From an uncultured Planctomycetota bacterium (GTDB taxonomy: Bacteria > Planctomycetota > Phycisphaerae > Tepidisphaerales > Tepidisphaeraceae): DNA of 64,000 nt. The DNA lies in assembly GCA_963841915.1 (NCBI GenBank), contig CAWJEN010000005.1, positions 736,001-800,000 on the forward strand, given 5' to 3'. Both the position numbers and the translations under genes were made by a program. Shown here piece after piece: positions 1 to 8,275 of this stretch. The notes under the pieces are model-generated. The model was given only the letters and a program-made list of their open reading frames with translations, was not told the origin of the DNA and ran no database searches. Positions within the stretch are counted from its first letter, which is position 1, and every line of letters begins with the position of its first letter.

Positions 1-1
1 T

Positions 2-454
2 GAGTTCGTCACGCCCGACGGTGATCGGCGCTTGCGCAGCTACGGCTCGATGACGTATGCCGGGCTCAAGAGCATGATCTACGCCGGCCTCGATCGCGAC
101 GACCCGCGCGTCCAAGCGGCCGTCGCCTGGGCGGGTGACAACTGGACGCTCGAGGCCAACCCCGGCATGGCCGCAATGGGCGACGACCGTGCGGAATGGG
201 GCCTTTTCTACTACTACCTCGTGCTCGCGCGGGCACTCGACGCCTACGACGAGCCGACGCTGGAGACGCGTGACGGCCAGGTCGATTGGCGACTAGCGCT
301 GATCGACGCACTCGGTGAGCGGCAGCAGGCCGACGGCTCGTGGGTCGGCAACGCCAAGTGGCGTGAGAACGACCCGACGATGACGACCGCCTACAGCGTG
401 CTGGCGTTGAACGTCGCGCTCAAAGACCTCCGCGAGCATCCGCCGACGGAGTAA
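2..454 (+). CDS. Prenyltransferase/squalene-oxidase-repeat (alpha/alpha barrel) protein, C-terminal part; 5' end lies outside the window
   Basis: Frame open from base 2. Motifs RSYGSMTYAGLKS, GLFYYY and QQADGSW are typical of planctomycete prenyltransferase-repeat proteins. Confidence 0.75.
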   Translation, partial: EFVTPDGDRRLRSYGSMTYAGLKSMIYAGLDRDDPRVQAAVAWAGDNWTLEANPGMAAMGDDRAEWGLFYYYLVLARALDAYDEPTLETRDGQVDWRLALIDALGERQQADGSWVGNAKWRENDPTMTTAYSVLALNVALKDLREHPPTE

Positions 455-510
455 GCCTGCAGTCACCGGCGCTTGTTCGGAGCGAACGTTTGTCTTGTGC
501 AGGAACCCGA

Positions 511-714
511 GAGCCGCGGTCCCACGGACCGCTGGTCTGACGACGTTGACAGCACCAGCGTCGTGTCCTGCGGAAAGGCAGGTTGTTCGACCGGAAAGGC
601 AGGTTGTTCGACCGGAAAGGCAGGTTGTTCGACGCGATCGGGCAAGCCTGCCGGCAAGACGCAGGTCGGGTGCTGCGTTTACCGTCAGACCGGCGGTCCG
701 TGGGACCGCGGCTC
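511..714. repeat. REP-doublet/MITE-like element with 32-bp terminal inverted repeats
   Basis: 511-542 gagccgcggtcccacggaccgctggtctgacg is the reverse complement of 683-714 with 1 mismatch. Intergenic. Confidence 0.8.
571..633. repeat. Perfect tandem repeat, 3 x 21 bp (cggaaaggcaggttgttcgac)
   Basis: Units at 571-591, 592-612 and 613-633, with no spacers. Confidence 0.95.
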
Positions 715-727
715 GAGGAAATTTGCC

Positions 728-1174
728 ATGAACTGCACGATTCGATCGATCGAGGCGAGCCGGACGCATGACCTGCGGCAGCGGGTGTTGCGGCCGACGC
801 TGGATGTGGAGGCCATGCGGTTTCCGGGTGACGAGGCCGCAGTTCATCTCGGCGCGTTCGTTGGCACGCGGCTGATCGGGATTGCCAGCTTCTACGAAGA
901 GGCCATGCCGAGTGACGCGCTTGCCGATGACTGGCGGCTGCGGGGGATGGCGGTCGATCCGTCGGCTCAAGGCGGCGGCGTCGGGTCGATGGTGCTCCGG
1001 GCGGGCATTGCGGCGGTCCAACAACGCGGCGGTGCGAGGCTCTGGTGCAACGCCCGAGAGGTCGCGACAGGGTTCTACACCTTCCACGGCTTTGGCATTG
1101 TCAGTGACCGCTTCGACATCGAAGACATCGGGCCGCACTTTGTGATGGCGAGACCGGTGCGGGTAACGGGCTGA
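728..1174 (+). CDS. GNAT-family N-acetyltransferase
   Basis: LRQRVLRP, WRLRGMAVDPSAQGGGVGS (acetyl-CoA motif A), LWCNAR, FY..GF. Start taken at ATG 728. Confidence 0.9.
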   Translation: MNCTIRSIEASRTHDLRQRVLRPTLDVEAMRFPGDEAAVHLGAFVGTRLIGIASFYEEAMPSDALADDWRLRGMAVDPSAQGGGVGSMVLRAGIAAVQQRGGARLWCNAREVATGFYTFHGFGIVSDRFDIEDIGPHFVMARPVRVTG

Positions 1175-1262
1175 CATTGAACGGCACGAACCAAACGGGT
1201 CACTGTCGCAGCAAGTGCGACAGCGACCCGATCCACGCCAATGGACTCTTCAGCAGCACCAG

Positions 1263-1297
1263 GCCAGGTCGACCCTTTAGCCAGGTCGACCCTTTAG
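1263..1297. repeat. 17-bp-period tandem duplication spanning a stop codon
   Basis: gccaggtcgacccttta occurs twice. The second copy contains the TAA (1294-1296) of the minus-strand gene. Confidence 0.9.
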
Positions 1298-1878
1298 TTG
1301 AGGACGATGACCTTCTCGAGGATGAGGTGGTTGGTGCCGCGGTATTCGGTGACGCGTCCGGTGACGCGGAAGCGGCGGTCGGTGCCGCTGCGGATGGCCG
1401 ACTCGATGGCCATGAGGTTCAGGTTGGGCACGAGGGTCATGGGCGGGTCACCTGCCGCGGCCGGGCCGACACCGTCGGAGGCGAAGGTGAACAGCAATGC
1501 GCCGTCATCGGTCCGCCGCACGGAGCCGACGCGGTCGATGACGAAGGTGCCTTCCCGCAGCAGTCGACGGGCACCGACGTCCGGAGCCACATCAGGCCGA
1601 CGCGCCTCAGGTTGCGGCTGGGTCTGCGTTGCCGGACGGCTTTGCGGTGCAGCATCGTCGGCCGTCGGTGGACGGTCGAGCAGACGATCCAGAATCGCAT
1701 CGGCCGGGTTGTGCACCGACTGTGTCGTCGGCGTGATCGAGTTAGTCCGACGACCTTCGTACGGCCGATAAGCGTCCTGCCCCGCCGCCGTCGGCACGAG
1801 GAAGGCCGCTGCGCAGCAACCCAGGGCGAGGGCGGCGAGTCGCGGGCGGAGAATGGCGTTGAAAAAGTTGCGTGGCAT
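1294..1878 (-). CDS. Hypothetical secreted protein with a C-terminal beta-rich domain
   Basis: Signal-peptide-like N-terminus, P/Q/T-rich linker, and a globular-looking C-terminus (LLREGTFV...FRVTGRVTEYRG). Confidence 0.7.
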   Translation of the reverse strand: MPRNFFNAILRPRLAALALGCCAAAFLVPTAAGQDAYRPYEGRRTNSITPTTQSVHNPADAILDRLLDRPPTADDAAPQSRPATQTQPQPEARRPDVAPDVGARRLLREGTFVIDRVGSVRRTDDGALLFTFASDGVGPAAAGDPPMTLVPNLNLMAIESAIRSGTDRRFRVTGRVTEYRGTNHLILEKVIVLN

Positions 1879-1996
1879 TGGCGTGCGTCCGTGCGGGTCA
1901 GGCCGTCTCCGTCGATGGATGGGCCACATCCAAGCTACGATTCAACATCGGGCGTGTGCAAATGGAATTTCTGCGACGTCCGTGACGTCGTTGCCG

Positions 1997-3503
1997 TCAC
2001 CACGTGTACTTGACGGTGTAGGTCACGACCTTCTCTTCGTCGGGGGCGACCGTGACCGGGAAATGGACCGTGCGGGCGTCAATCTTCTCAAAGTCGTCGC
2101 TGTGGTCGACGATCTCCCAGGTGGCCCAGCGGAACAGGTTCTCCTTGACGAGCACCTTGACCGCCTGGTCTTCCTTGCGGTTGCGGAGCTTGATCTCGAA
2201 CGACTCGGTGATGGTGCGGCCGCGTTCGTCGAGCTGGTAGTCGGTTTGCTTCCGCTCGCCGACGACGTCGAACGCGCTGCCGAGCTTGACGAGCACGGTC
2301 TCTTCGCGGGCGGTGTGGTCGATCACGTCTTCGCCGACGAATTCGAGCGTGTTGTCGGCGTCGTCCTGCTTGTAGACCCGCAGCTTACCGGCCGGCAGCG
2401 GGACGCCCAGGCCGTCGTCCTCGGCGTTCTTGAAGGTCAGGTAGACGTCGACCTTGTTGTTCGACTGGTTGCCGAGATTGCGATCGGTGTAGGCGTCGGA
2501 GCCGTAGCGGAAGCCGCGGAACTGGTCACCCAGGCCGTAGTAGACGAAGACCTTCTCAGCCGGCACGGCTTCGGCGGCGTCGAAGAGTTCGATCTGCTTG
2601 GTGGAGTTGTCCGGCAGGCTCGTCGGGCGGCCCAGCGTGTAGAGGTGGTACTCGAAGAAGCTTTTCTCCTCGAAGCCCTCAGCATCCTGCACGGCCGATT
2701 CTCCATTCGCGTCATCCGCAGGTCTGTAGTCGTTCTGCTGCGGCGTGACGCGTTGCACGTCGCCTGCCACGAGCTTGAGCTTGGCGTTGTCGAACGTCAC
2801 GCCACTCTGGTTGACGACGGTGACCCAACTGCCGACATCGACGGCGGTGTCGTCAGAGTTGATGATGACGCTGTAGTCGGCCCGCCAGGTGAGGCCGGTC
2901 GTCTGATACGTCAGCCGCACCGGCCGCTCGCCGGCGGTATCGGTCATGAGGTCCCAGACGAGCGTCGGCTCGAGGATGAGCCCTTGCGTGTCGGGGAACT
3001 CGATGTTGCTGACAAAGCCGGCGAAGTTGCCGCTGGGCTGAATGCGGACGACGCCGTCGGGCTCGCGATAGACGAGGCTGCCTCCGCTGACGCTGAGCAA
3101 TTCGACCGGCTCGCCGTCGGTGCGATTGAGGGATCTGGCCGACGAACTTTTCGAGGAGCTTGCCTGCGTCGAGGAGGTCGTACTCGTAGCTCTGCTCGAC
3201 GACGGTGATGGGGTCGCCGAGGCTTTCGACGCGAACGGTCGAGGGGTCGATACCTGCTGCGACGCCGGTGAAGCGTTGGACGCTGCGGCCCTGGTCGAGG
3301 TCGAGCGAGCGGGTGACGCGGACGACGCCGTAACCGGGGAAGTTCTGGCGGTAGTAGTACGGATTTTGAAGGCGTTGCTGTTCGAGCTGGCCCAGGTCCA
3401 TCGAGGCCGGGTCGGCGGTGGAGTAGACGGTGAGGGCGACCTCATCGGCGGCGGCGTAGGCAGAGGTCATCAGCAGGGCGGAAAGGGCGAGGCGTTTGAG
3501 CAT
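1997..3503 (-). pseudogene. DUF4139/DUF4140-type exported protein, split by a frameshift near 3128-3134
   Basis: N-terminal part (signal peptide, VALTVYS, IDPSTV, EQSYEYDLL) is in the 2853..3503 frame. C-terminal part (Y.T.GLTWRADY, NQSG..F.NAKLKLVAGDV, LPAGKLRVY, VKLGSAFDV) is in the 1997..3445 frame. Confidence 0.8.
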
Positions 3504-3728
3504 GGCGATCGTGGTGAGGGTACTTCATGAGAGGGACGAACCGGTCGAAGGTTTCTTAACTCGCCGCCGTCGCGGCCGCGGCGGCGCACCGGGTAAACGA
3601 CACCGCGGCGCACGGCGGCGAACGACCCGCCGACGGCGAGGCTTGCACGTTTTGCCTGCTCCGTGCTGCACCACGGACGAACCGCCAACGCAAAGTGCGG
3701 GAGTGGGCTGCTCGAAAACGGGTCAAAT

Positions 3729-3744
3729 TGTTCCACGTGGAACA
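3729..3744. promoter_or_regulatory. parS centromere-like site
   Basis: Perfect palindrome TGTTCCACGTGGAACA matching the widespread bacterial parS consensus. Intergenic. Confidence 0.85.
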
Positions 3745-3803
3745 ACGGCCGAGCTTCCAACCCTTCGCCACGACGCCCGATCGACGTCGGCGGACCCGCA
3801 GAA

Positions 3804-3819
3804 TGTTCCACGTGGAACA
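3804..3819. promoter_or_regulatory. parS centromere-like site
   Basis: Second perfect TGTTCCACGTGGAACA, 75 bp from the first. Confidence 0.85.
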
Positions 3820-3908
3820 TCTGCCCCGCCGCCAAACCCATTTGGCCGCCGCGGCGCAACAGATTAGTTGCCTTGCGGCTCGGCCGTGTCGCGTGGTATG
3901 CCGGCCGC

Positions 3909-4535
3909 ATGCGCCTTGCCCTGCCGATGTTGATGTGTCTGTTCGCGATCGTCGGCTGCAAGAGCAGCCCGATGCCGGGTACGAAACCCCCGACGTCGAA
4001 GGTGCTCGACGTCTCACCGACCGACGCCGACGCAGAGGGTTTCGACCTGGACGTGAAGGTGCAGATCGAGAACCGGATGGTCGTCCCGTTCGATGTGGGC
4101 GACGTGAAGTACACGTTCTCGGTCGAAGGCGTTGAGGTAGCCGACACGACGGCACAGTTCGGCGCAGTCATCGCGCCGGGGGCGAAGGAGACGGTCATGT
4201 TCAAGATCCCCGTCGGCTGGTCAGATCTGCGCAAGGTCGTGAGCAAGCTGCCTGAGGGCGATCTGGCCCGGGTGACGATGACGTTCGACGGCGAGATGAT
4301 GTTGCCGGGTGTGCCGCTCGTCGAGTCGACGGCGGTGGGCCAGACGACGACCATCAACCTTCGCCAGCAGATCAAAGAGGCGGCGTCGCTGCCGGACGCG
4401 TTCACCAATAGCGACTTTTCCGGGTTTGTGACCGATGTGAAGGCATCGATGCCGAGTCAGCTGCCGGCGAGTGTGACGCAGGCGCTCGACGACGCCGCCT
4501 CGGCCATGCCGGACGTGCCCGAGCTGGACCTGTGA
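3909..4535 (+). CDS. LEA type 2 (WHy)-like lipoprotein
   Basis: Lipobox-like IVGC, followed by a beta-rich domain (DLDVKVQIEN...VKYTFSVEG...VIAPGAKETVMFKIPV). Confidence 0.7.
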   Translation: MRLALPMLMCLFAIVGCKSSPMPGTKPPTSKVLDVSPTDADAEGFDLDVKVQIENRMVVPFDVGDVKYTFSVEGVEVADTTAQFGAVIAPGAKETVMFKIPVGWSDLRKVVSKLPEGDLARVTMTFDGEMMLPGVPLVESTAVGQTTTINLRQQIKEAASLPDAFTNSDFSGFVTDVKASMPSQLPASVTQALDDAASAMPDVPELDL

Positions 4536-4596
4536 GTCACCAGCGGCGGGATCGCAACTTGCCCCGGACCGTCGGCTACCGGTAGGCTGGCCGGTT

Positions 4597-5148
4597 GTGC
4601 CAGGTGACGACGATCCGCATTCGACAAGAGTCCTCATCGCCTCGGGGCGTGACCATCCGGGCGTGCTCGACGAAGTGGCCGCCTTTGCCGCTGACCGACG
4701 GCTTCGCATCGAAGCGGTTCGCACGGTGTCCATCGGCGGGCACTTTGCGATGACGCTTCGCGTGTCGGGTGCCGAGTCATCGCTGGAGCAGGCAGACAGG
4801 GAGCTGACGATCCTGAGCGAGCGGACAGGCTCGATGGTGCGGATGGAGGCCGATCTCGGGGACGACACGTCTTCCGAGGCCAGCTACGCGTTGTACCTCT
4901 CAGCCGGCACCGCGGCAGACGCGGCAGACGTCTCGCAGACGCTTCGCCACGCGGGCAATCTCATGCGGGTACTGCGCGTCAACATCAGCCACATCGGCAC
5001 CAGCAACGAGCCGGGTGATCCGTTCGATGCCGAGTTCCGCGTGTCACTGCCAAACGATGTGCCTGCCTCGAAGTTTCGCGAGTTGCTGGGTCAGTTGTTC
5101 GACGACCTGGGCGTCGGCTGGGAGCTGCGGGCAGACGTGGACGGCTGA
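4597..5148 (+). CDS. Tandem ACT-domain protein (GcvR-like)
   Basis: IASGRDHPGVLDEVA and GGHFAM, with a second ACT-like repeat (VNISHI). Confidence 0.7.
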   Translation: MPGDDDPHSTRVLIASGRDHPGVLDEVAAFAADRRLRIEAVRTVSIGGHFAMTLRVSGAESSLEQADRELTILSERTGSMVRMEADLGDDTSSEASYALYLSAGTAADAADVSQTLRHAGNLMRVLRVNISHIGTSNEPGDPFDAEFRVSLPNDVPASKFRELLGQLFDDLGVGWELRADVDG

Positions 5149-5153
5149 GCGAA

Positions 5154-5169
5154 TGTTCCACGTAGAACA
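5154..5169. promoter_or_regulatory. parS site with one mismatch
   Basis: TGTTCCACGTAGAACA in the 45-bp gap before ldhA. Confidence 0.75.
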
Positions 5170-5193
5170 CGACGAGGCGTGTAGCCTGCGGGC

Positions 5194-6201
5194 ATGAAGG
5201 TCAGCGTTTTCAGTGCAAAGTCTTACGACCGTCGGTTCCTGGACGGGGCCAACGATGCCGCAGGGTCGCCGCACGTGTTGTCGTTTCACGAGCCGCGTCT
5301 CTCGGCAGAGACGGCCGTGCTGGCCAAAGGTCGCAAGGCTGTCTGCGCGTTCGTGAACGACGACCTCGGTGCCGACACGCTGGCTGCGTTGGCGGAGGTG
5401 GGCGTGCGGTTCGTCGCGTTGCGATGCGCGGGCTTCAACAACGTCGACCTCGACGCGGCGCAGCAGCACGACATCAGGGTCGCACGCGTTCCGTCGTACG
5501 CACCGGCCGGTGTGGCCGAGCATGCAGTAGCGCTCATGATGGCGCTCAACCGGCACCTGCCCCGCGCGTACAACCGGGTCCGCGAAAACAACTTTGCCCT
5601 GGCAGGTCTGCTCGGATTCGAGATGAAGGGCAAGACGGCGGGTGTCATCGGCACCGGTCAGATCGGGGCGGCGGCGTGTCGGATTCTGCTGGGCTTCGGC
5701 ATGAAAGTTCTCGCCTTCGACACCACGCCGAGCGACGAGCTTGTCGCAGCAGGCGTGACCTATCGCGATCTCGACGACGTGCTCGCGGCGAGTGATGTCG
5801 TCACGCTCCACCTGCCGCTTGTCGAGCAGACACATCACCTCATCGACGAGCGGGCGCTTGGCCGCATGAAGTCGGGTGTCATGCTCATCAACACCTCGCG
5901 CGGCGGCCTCATCGATACGAAGGCTGCCATCGCTGCGCTGAAGCGCGGGCACCTCGGCTCGCTCGGGCTCGACGTCTACGAAGAAGAAGACGGTCTCTTC
6001 TTCGAAGACCGCAGCGGCGCGATGATGGGCGACGACGTTTTTGCCCGACTGCTGACGTTTCCCAACGTGCTCATCACCGGGCACCAAGCGTTTTTTACCG
6101 AAGAAGCGTTGACGAACATTGCCGAAACGACGATTGATAACCTGACCCAGTTTGACGAGCATGGCACGTGCGACAAAGCCGTGTCAGCGTCAAACCTGTG
6201 A
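5194..6201 (+). CDS. ldhA: D-lactate dehydrogenase (D-2-hydroxyacid dehydrogenase)
   Basis: ALRCAGFNNVDL, VAEHA, GVIGTGQIG, INTSRG, LDVYEEE, NVLITGHQAF. Confidence 0.92.
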   Translation: MKVSVFSAKSYDRRFLDGANDAAGSPHVLSFHEPRLSAETAVLAKGRKAVCAFVNDDLGADTLAALAEVGVRFVALRCAGFNNVDLDAAQQHDIRVARVPSYAPAGVAEHAVALMMALNRHLPRAYNRVRENNFALAGLLGFEMKGKTAGVIGTGQIGAAACRILLGFGMKVLAFDTTPSDELVAAGVTYRDLDDVLAASDVVTLHLPLVEQTHHLIDERALGRMKSGVMLINTSRGGLIDTKAAIAALKRGHLGSLGLDVYEEEDGLFFEDRSGAMMGDDVFARLLTFPNVLITGHQAFFTEEALTNIAETTIDNLTQFDEHGTCDKAVSASNL

Positions 6202-6630
6202 CTACAGGTGAATCCGCTTGCGTTGCTCAGCCGGCAGGAGCGTGCAGGCGGCGTTGGTGTCGACCTTGCCAAAGGTCTTGTAGCGGATGGCGGCGACCAT
6301 TCGGTAACCGAGGTCGCGGATCGGTCGCGGGATGATGCGGAACCAGCCGAGCACCTTGTAGAGGCCGTCGAGTCGGCTGGCGATTCGCAGTGCCGCGGTC
6401 GAGTGGCTCGAGACGGTGCCGTCGCGATCGACGAGCAGAATGGAGTCGCGGTAGTCGGCAGCGTAGCCGTTGGCCTCGAGAATCTGCCGGCCGCCATCGC
6501 TTTGCAGCGGCATGAAGTGGAATTGCCCCTGTTTGTCGTGGTTCAAGACGAAACGCATCGACTTGTCACACAATCCGCACTCGCCGTCGTACAGCATGAG
6601 CGGCCGTGGGATGTCAGCATTGTCAGTCAT
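6202..6630 (-). CDS. DCC1/YuxK-like thiol-disulfide oxidoreductase (DUF393)
   Basis: LYDGECGLC (DxxCxxC), F.PLQS, STAALRI, IPRPIRDLGYR.VA..RYK.FG...C. Start overlaps the upstream stop by 4 nt. Confidence 0.88.
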   Translation of the reverse strand: MTDNADIPRPLMLYDGECGLCDKSMRFVLNHDKQGQFHFMPLQSDGGRQILEANGYAADYRDSILLVDRDGTVSSHSTAALRIASRLDGLYKVLGWFRIIPRPIRDLGYRMVAAIRYKTFGKVDTNAACTLLPAEQRKRIHL

Positions 6631-7583
6631 GCGGGTACGGCCTCGACCGCAAGGATACGCTTGGCGCGGTAGCACGCGATCAACCAGGCCCACGGGACGA
6701 AGAAGGCGTAGGCCGGTAGGAACGGCCAGAAGTAGACGCCGAACAGCAAAGCGATGTTGGCCTGCATGCCAAACATGAGCGGCACGAAAAACAGTCGTGC
6801 CTTTCGGCTGACGAGCACGAGCGGGAACAGGCACTCGCCCACCAGCGTCATGATGCCGGCCATCCAGACGAACGGCTTGAAGTAGGCAAGCTGAATGCCC
6901 CAGTCGACGAGCGGATCGTTGTCGTAGAAGTGCCCGAGCATCATCGGCGTAAACGACTCGGGCGACACCCAACTGAGCCCGGCCAATCGCACTTTCTGCC
7001 AGCCAGCGAATGAGAACACGATCGTCATCAAGATCCAAACAACGCGGATCGGCCAGCGATACTCGCCTGACAGTTGGCTCAGCTTGCGTGCCCCGAACCA
7101 GCCGAACCGCCTGTCGAGGCTGAAGGCGGCGTTGCAGTGGGACATGGCCAGCGTGACCAGCATGAAGATGACGATCGGCTCGCTGTGGCTGACCTTGCCA
7201 AAGGCGGTGCGTAGCCCGAGGAAGTAGAACGCCAGCACCGCCGCCGTGATGAGGCTGGCACGGGTCATGAGGCCGAACATGCCACCGAGCAGCGACAGTG
7301 CGAACACGGACTGCAGCACGCCGACGGCAGTATCGCTCAGCGTCGCGTTGTGACCGAGCAGGCCGAAGAGACCGACGCGGTCGTAGTGCGTCGTAGCAAT
7401 GAGGTTCCAGCCGCGGAAGTCAGTCAGTAGGCCGTAGTAGACGAACAACCAGCCGCACACGATGATCCGGCAGATCGCCAGCGGTTGCGGCGATTCGGGC
7501 GTAAAGAAGTAGCGACTTGGCCATGCGGCCGGGGCCGGCTGCCTGTGGGCCGAAGCATCAGATTTCTTGGAAAAAGCGTTCAA
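6627..7583 (-). CDS. HTTM-domain polytopic membrane protein (vitamin K-dependent gamma-carboxylase/SdpB-like)
   Basis: Multiple TM helices. LAICRI, GLMTRAS, FSLDRR, YRWPIR and FSFAGWQK..G..W match HTTM-type motifs. Confidence 0.65.
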   Translation of the reverse strand: MNAFSKKSDASAHRQPAPAAWPSRYFFTPESPQPLAICRIIVCGWLFVYYGLLTDFRGWNLIATTHYDRVGLFGLLGHNATLSDTAVGVLQSVFALSLLGGMFGLMTRASLITAAVLAFYFLGLRTAFGKVSHSEPIVIFMLVTLAMSHCNAAFSLDRRFGWFGARKLSQLSGEYRWPIRVVWILMTIVFSFAGWQKVRLAGLSWVSPESFTPMMLGHFYDNDPLVDWGIQLAYFKPFVWMAGIMTLVGECLFPLVLVSRKARLFFVPLMFGMQANIALLFGVYFWPFLPAYAFFVPWAWLIACYRAKRILAVEAVPA

Positions 7584-8230
7584 TCCAGCTCCTTGCCGTC
7601 AACACCTGCAACGGCTTGATCGCTCACCGACGGCTCTTCCTCGAAGCGGCCGATCCATCGGCCCGCGTACCAGCCTTTGCCACGCCGCAGCACGTCAAAT
7701 GGAACCAGCGTCGGCTCGTGGCCGCCAAGGAAGACCTGGCCCTTGAGCTCCCGCTCGTCGGGCGTGTAGCGATTGGCGACATCTGCCCGGAAGAAGTGTC
7801 GCTCGACGTACAACCGCATCCCGACGAGCTGTGGCCCGTCGTGGCCGAGCTGCTGCCTTTTGCCTTCGTAAAGTGCTGCCCAGGCGATCAGGCGATCGTG
7901 AAACTCGTCTTGCGTGGTCGAGCCGTGCAGCGTGCGGTTGAGCACGCGATGCAGGCGACCGCGGTCGATGGGCTGGAAGTGAGCTGCGGACAGTCGCGTC
8001 TCAGACCCGTCGGCCGAGACGCCGTAAAGCATCATGACGTGATGCGGGTCACTTCTGTAGAGCCTGCTGTAAAGCCGGTACGGGCTGAACGGCCACAGCT
8101 CCGACTTGTCGATGATCGCGACGCTGTGACCGACGATCAGGATCGCCAACCAGGCGTAGACCATCAGCCGGCGGCTTGGCTTCATGTCAGGAGCCGGCGC
8201 AGCGACAGGCTCATCGGGTGCATTTGGCAC
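7580..8230 (-). CDS. Hypothetical single-TM protein with E.WPFSPY.LYS motif (HTTM partner)
   Basis: N-terminal TM helix then a soluble domain. Stop overlaps the HTTM gene start. Start codon uncertain (8185, 8230 or 8266). Confidence 0.65.
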   Translation of the reverse strand: MPNAPDEPVAAPAPDMKPSRRLMVYAWLAILIVGHSVAIIDKSELWPFSPYRLYSRLYRSDPHHVMMLYGVSADGSETRLSAAHFQPIDRGRLHRVLNRTLHGSTTQDEFHDRLIAWAALYEGKRQQLGHDGPQLVGMRLYVERHFFRADVANRYTPDERELKGQVFLGGHEPTLVPFDVLRRGKGWYAGRWIGRFEEEPSVSDQAVAGVDGKELD

Positions 8231-8275
8231 AGTGAATGTATCGCCACGCGAGGCCGTGCACTTCAACTGGCCATG

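Noticed and set aside
571..633. 21-bp repeats as a mini CRISPR array
   Set aside because: The units are directly adjacent with no spacers, and there are no cas genes in the window.
3120..3140. Programmed ribosomal frameshifting for the two split genes
   Set aside because: There is no X XXY YYZ slippery site or long homopolymer at either junction. Simple indels explain both.
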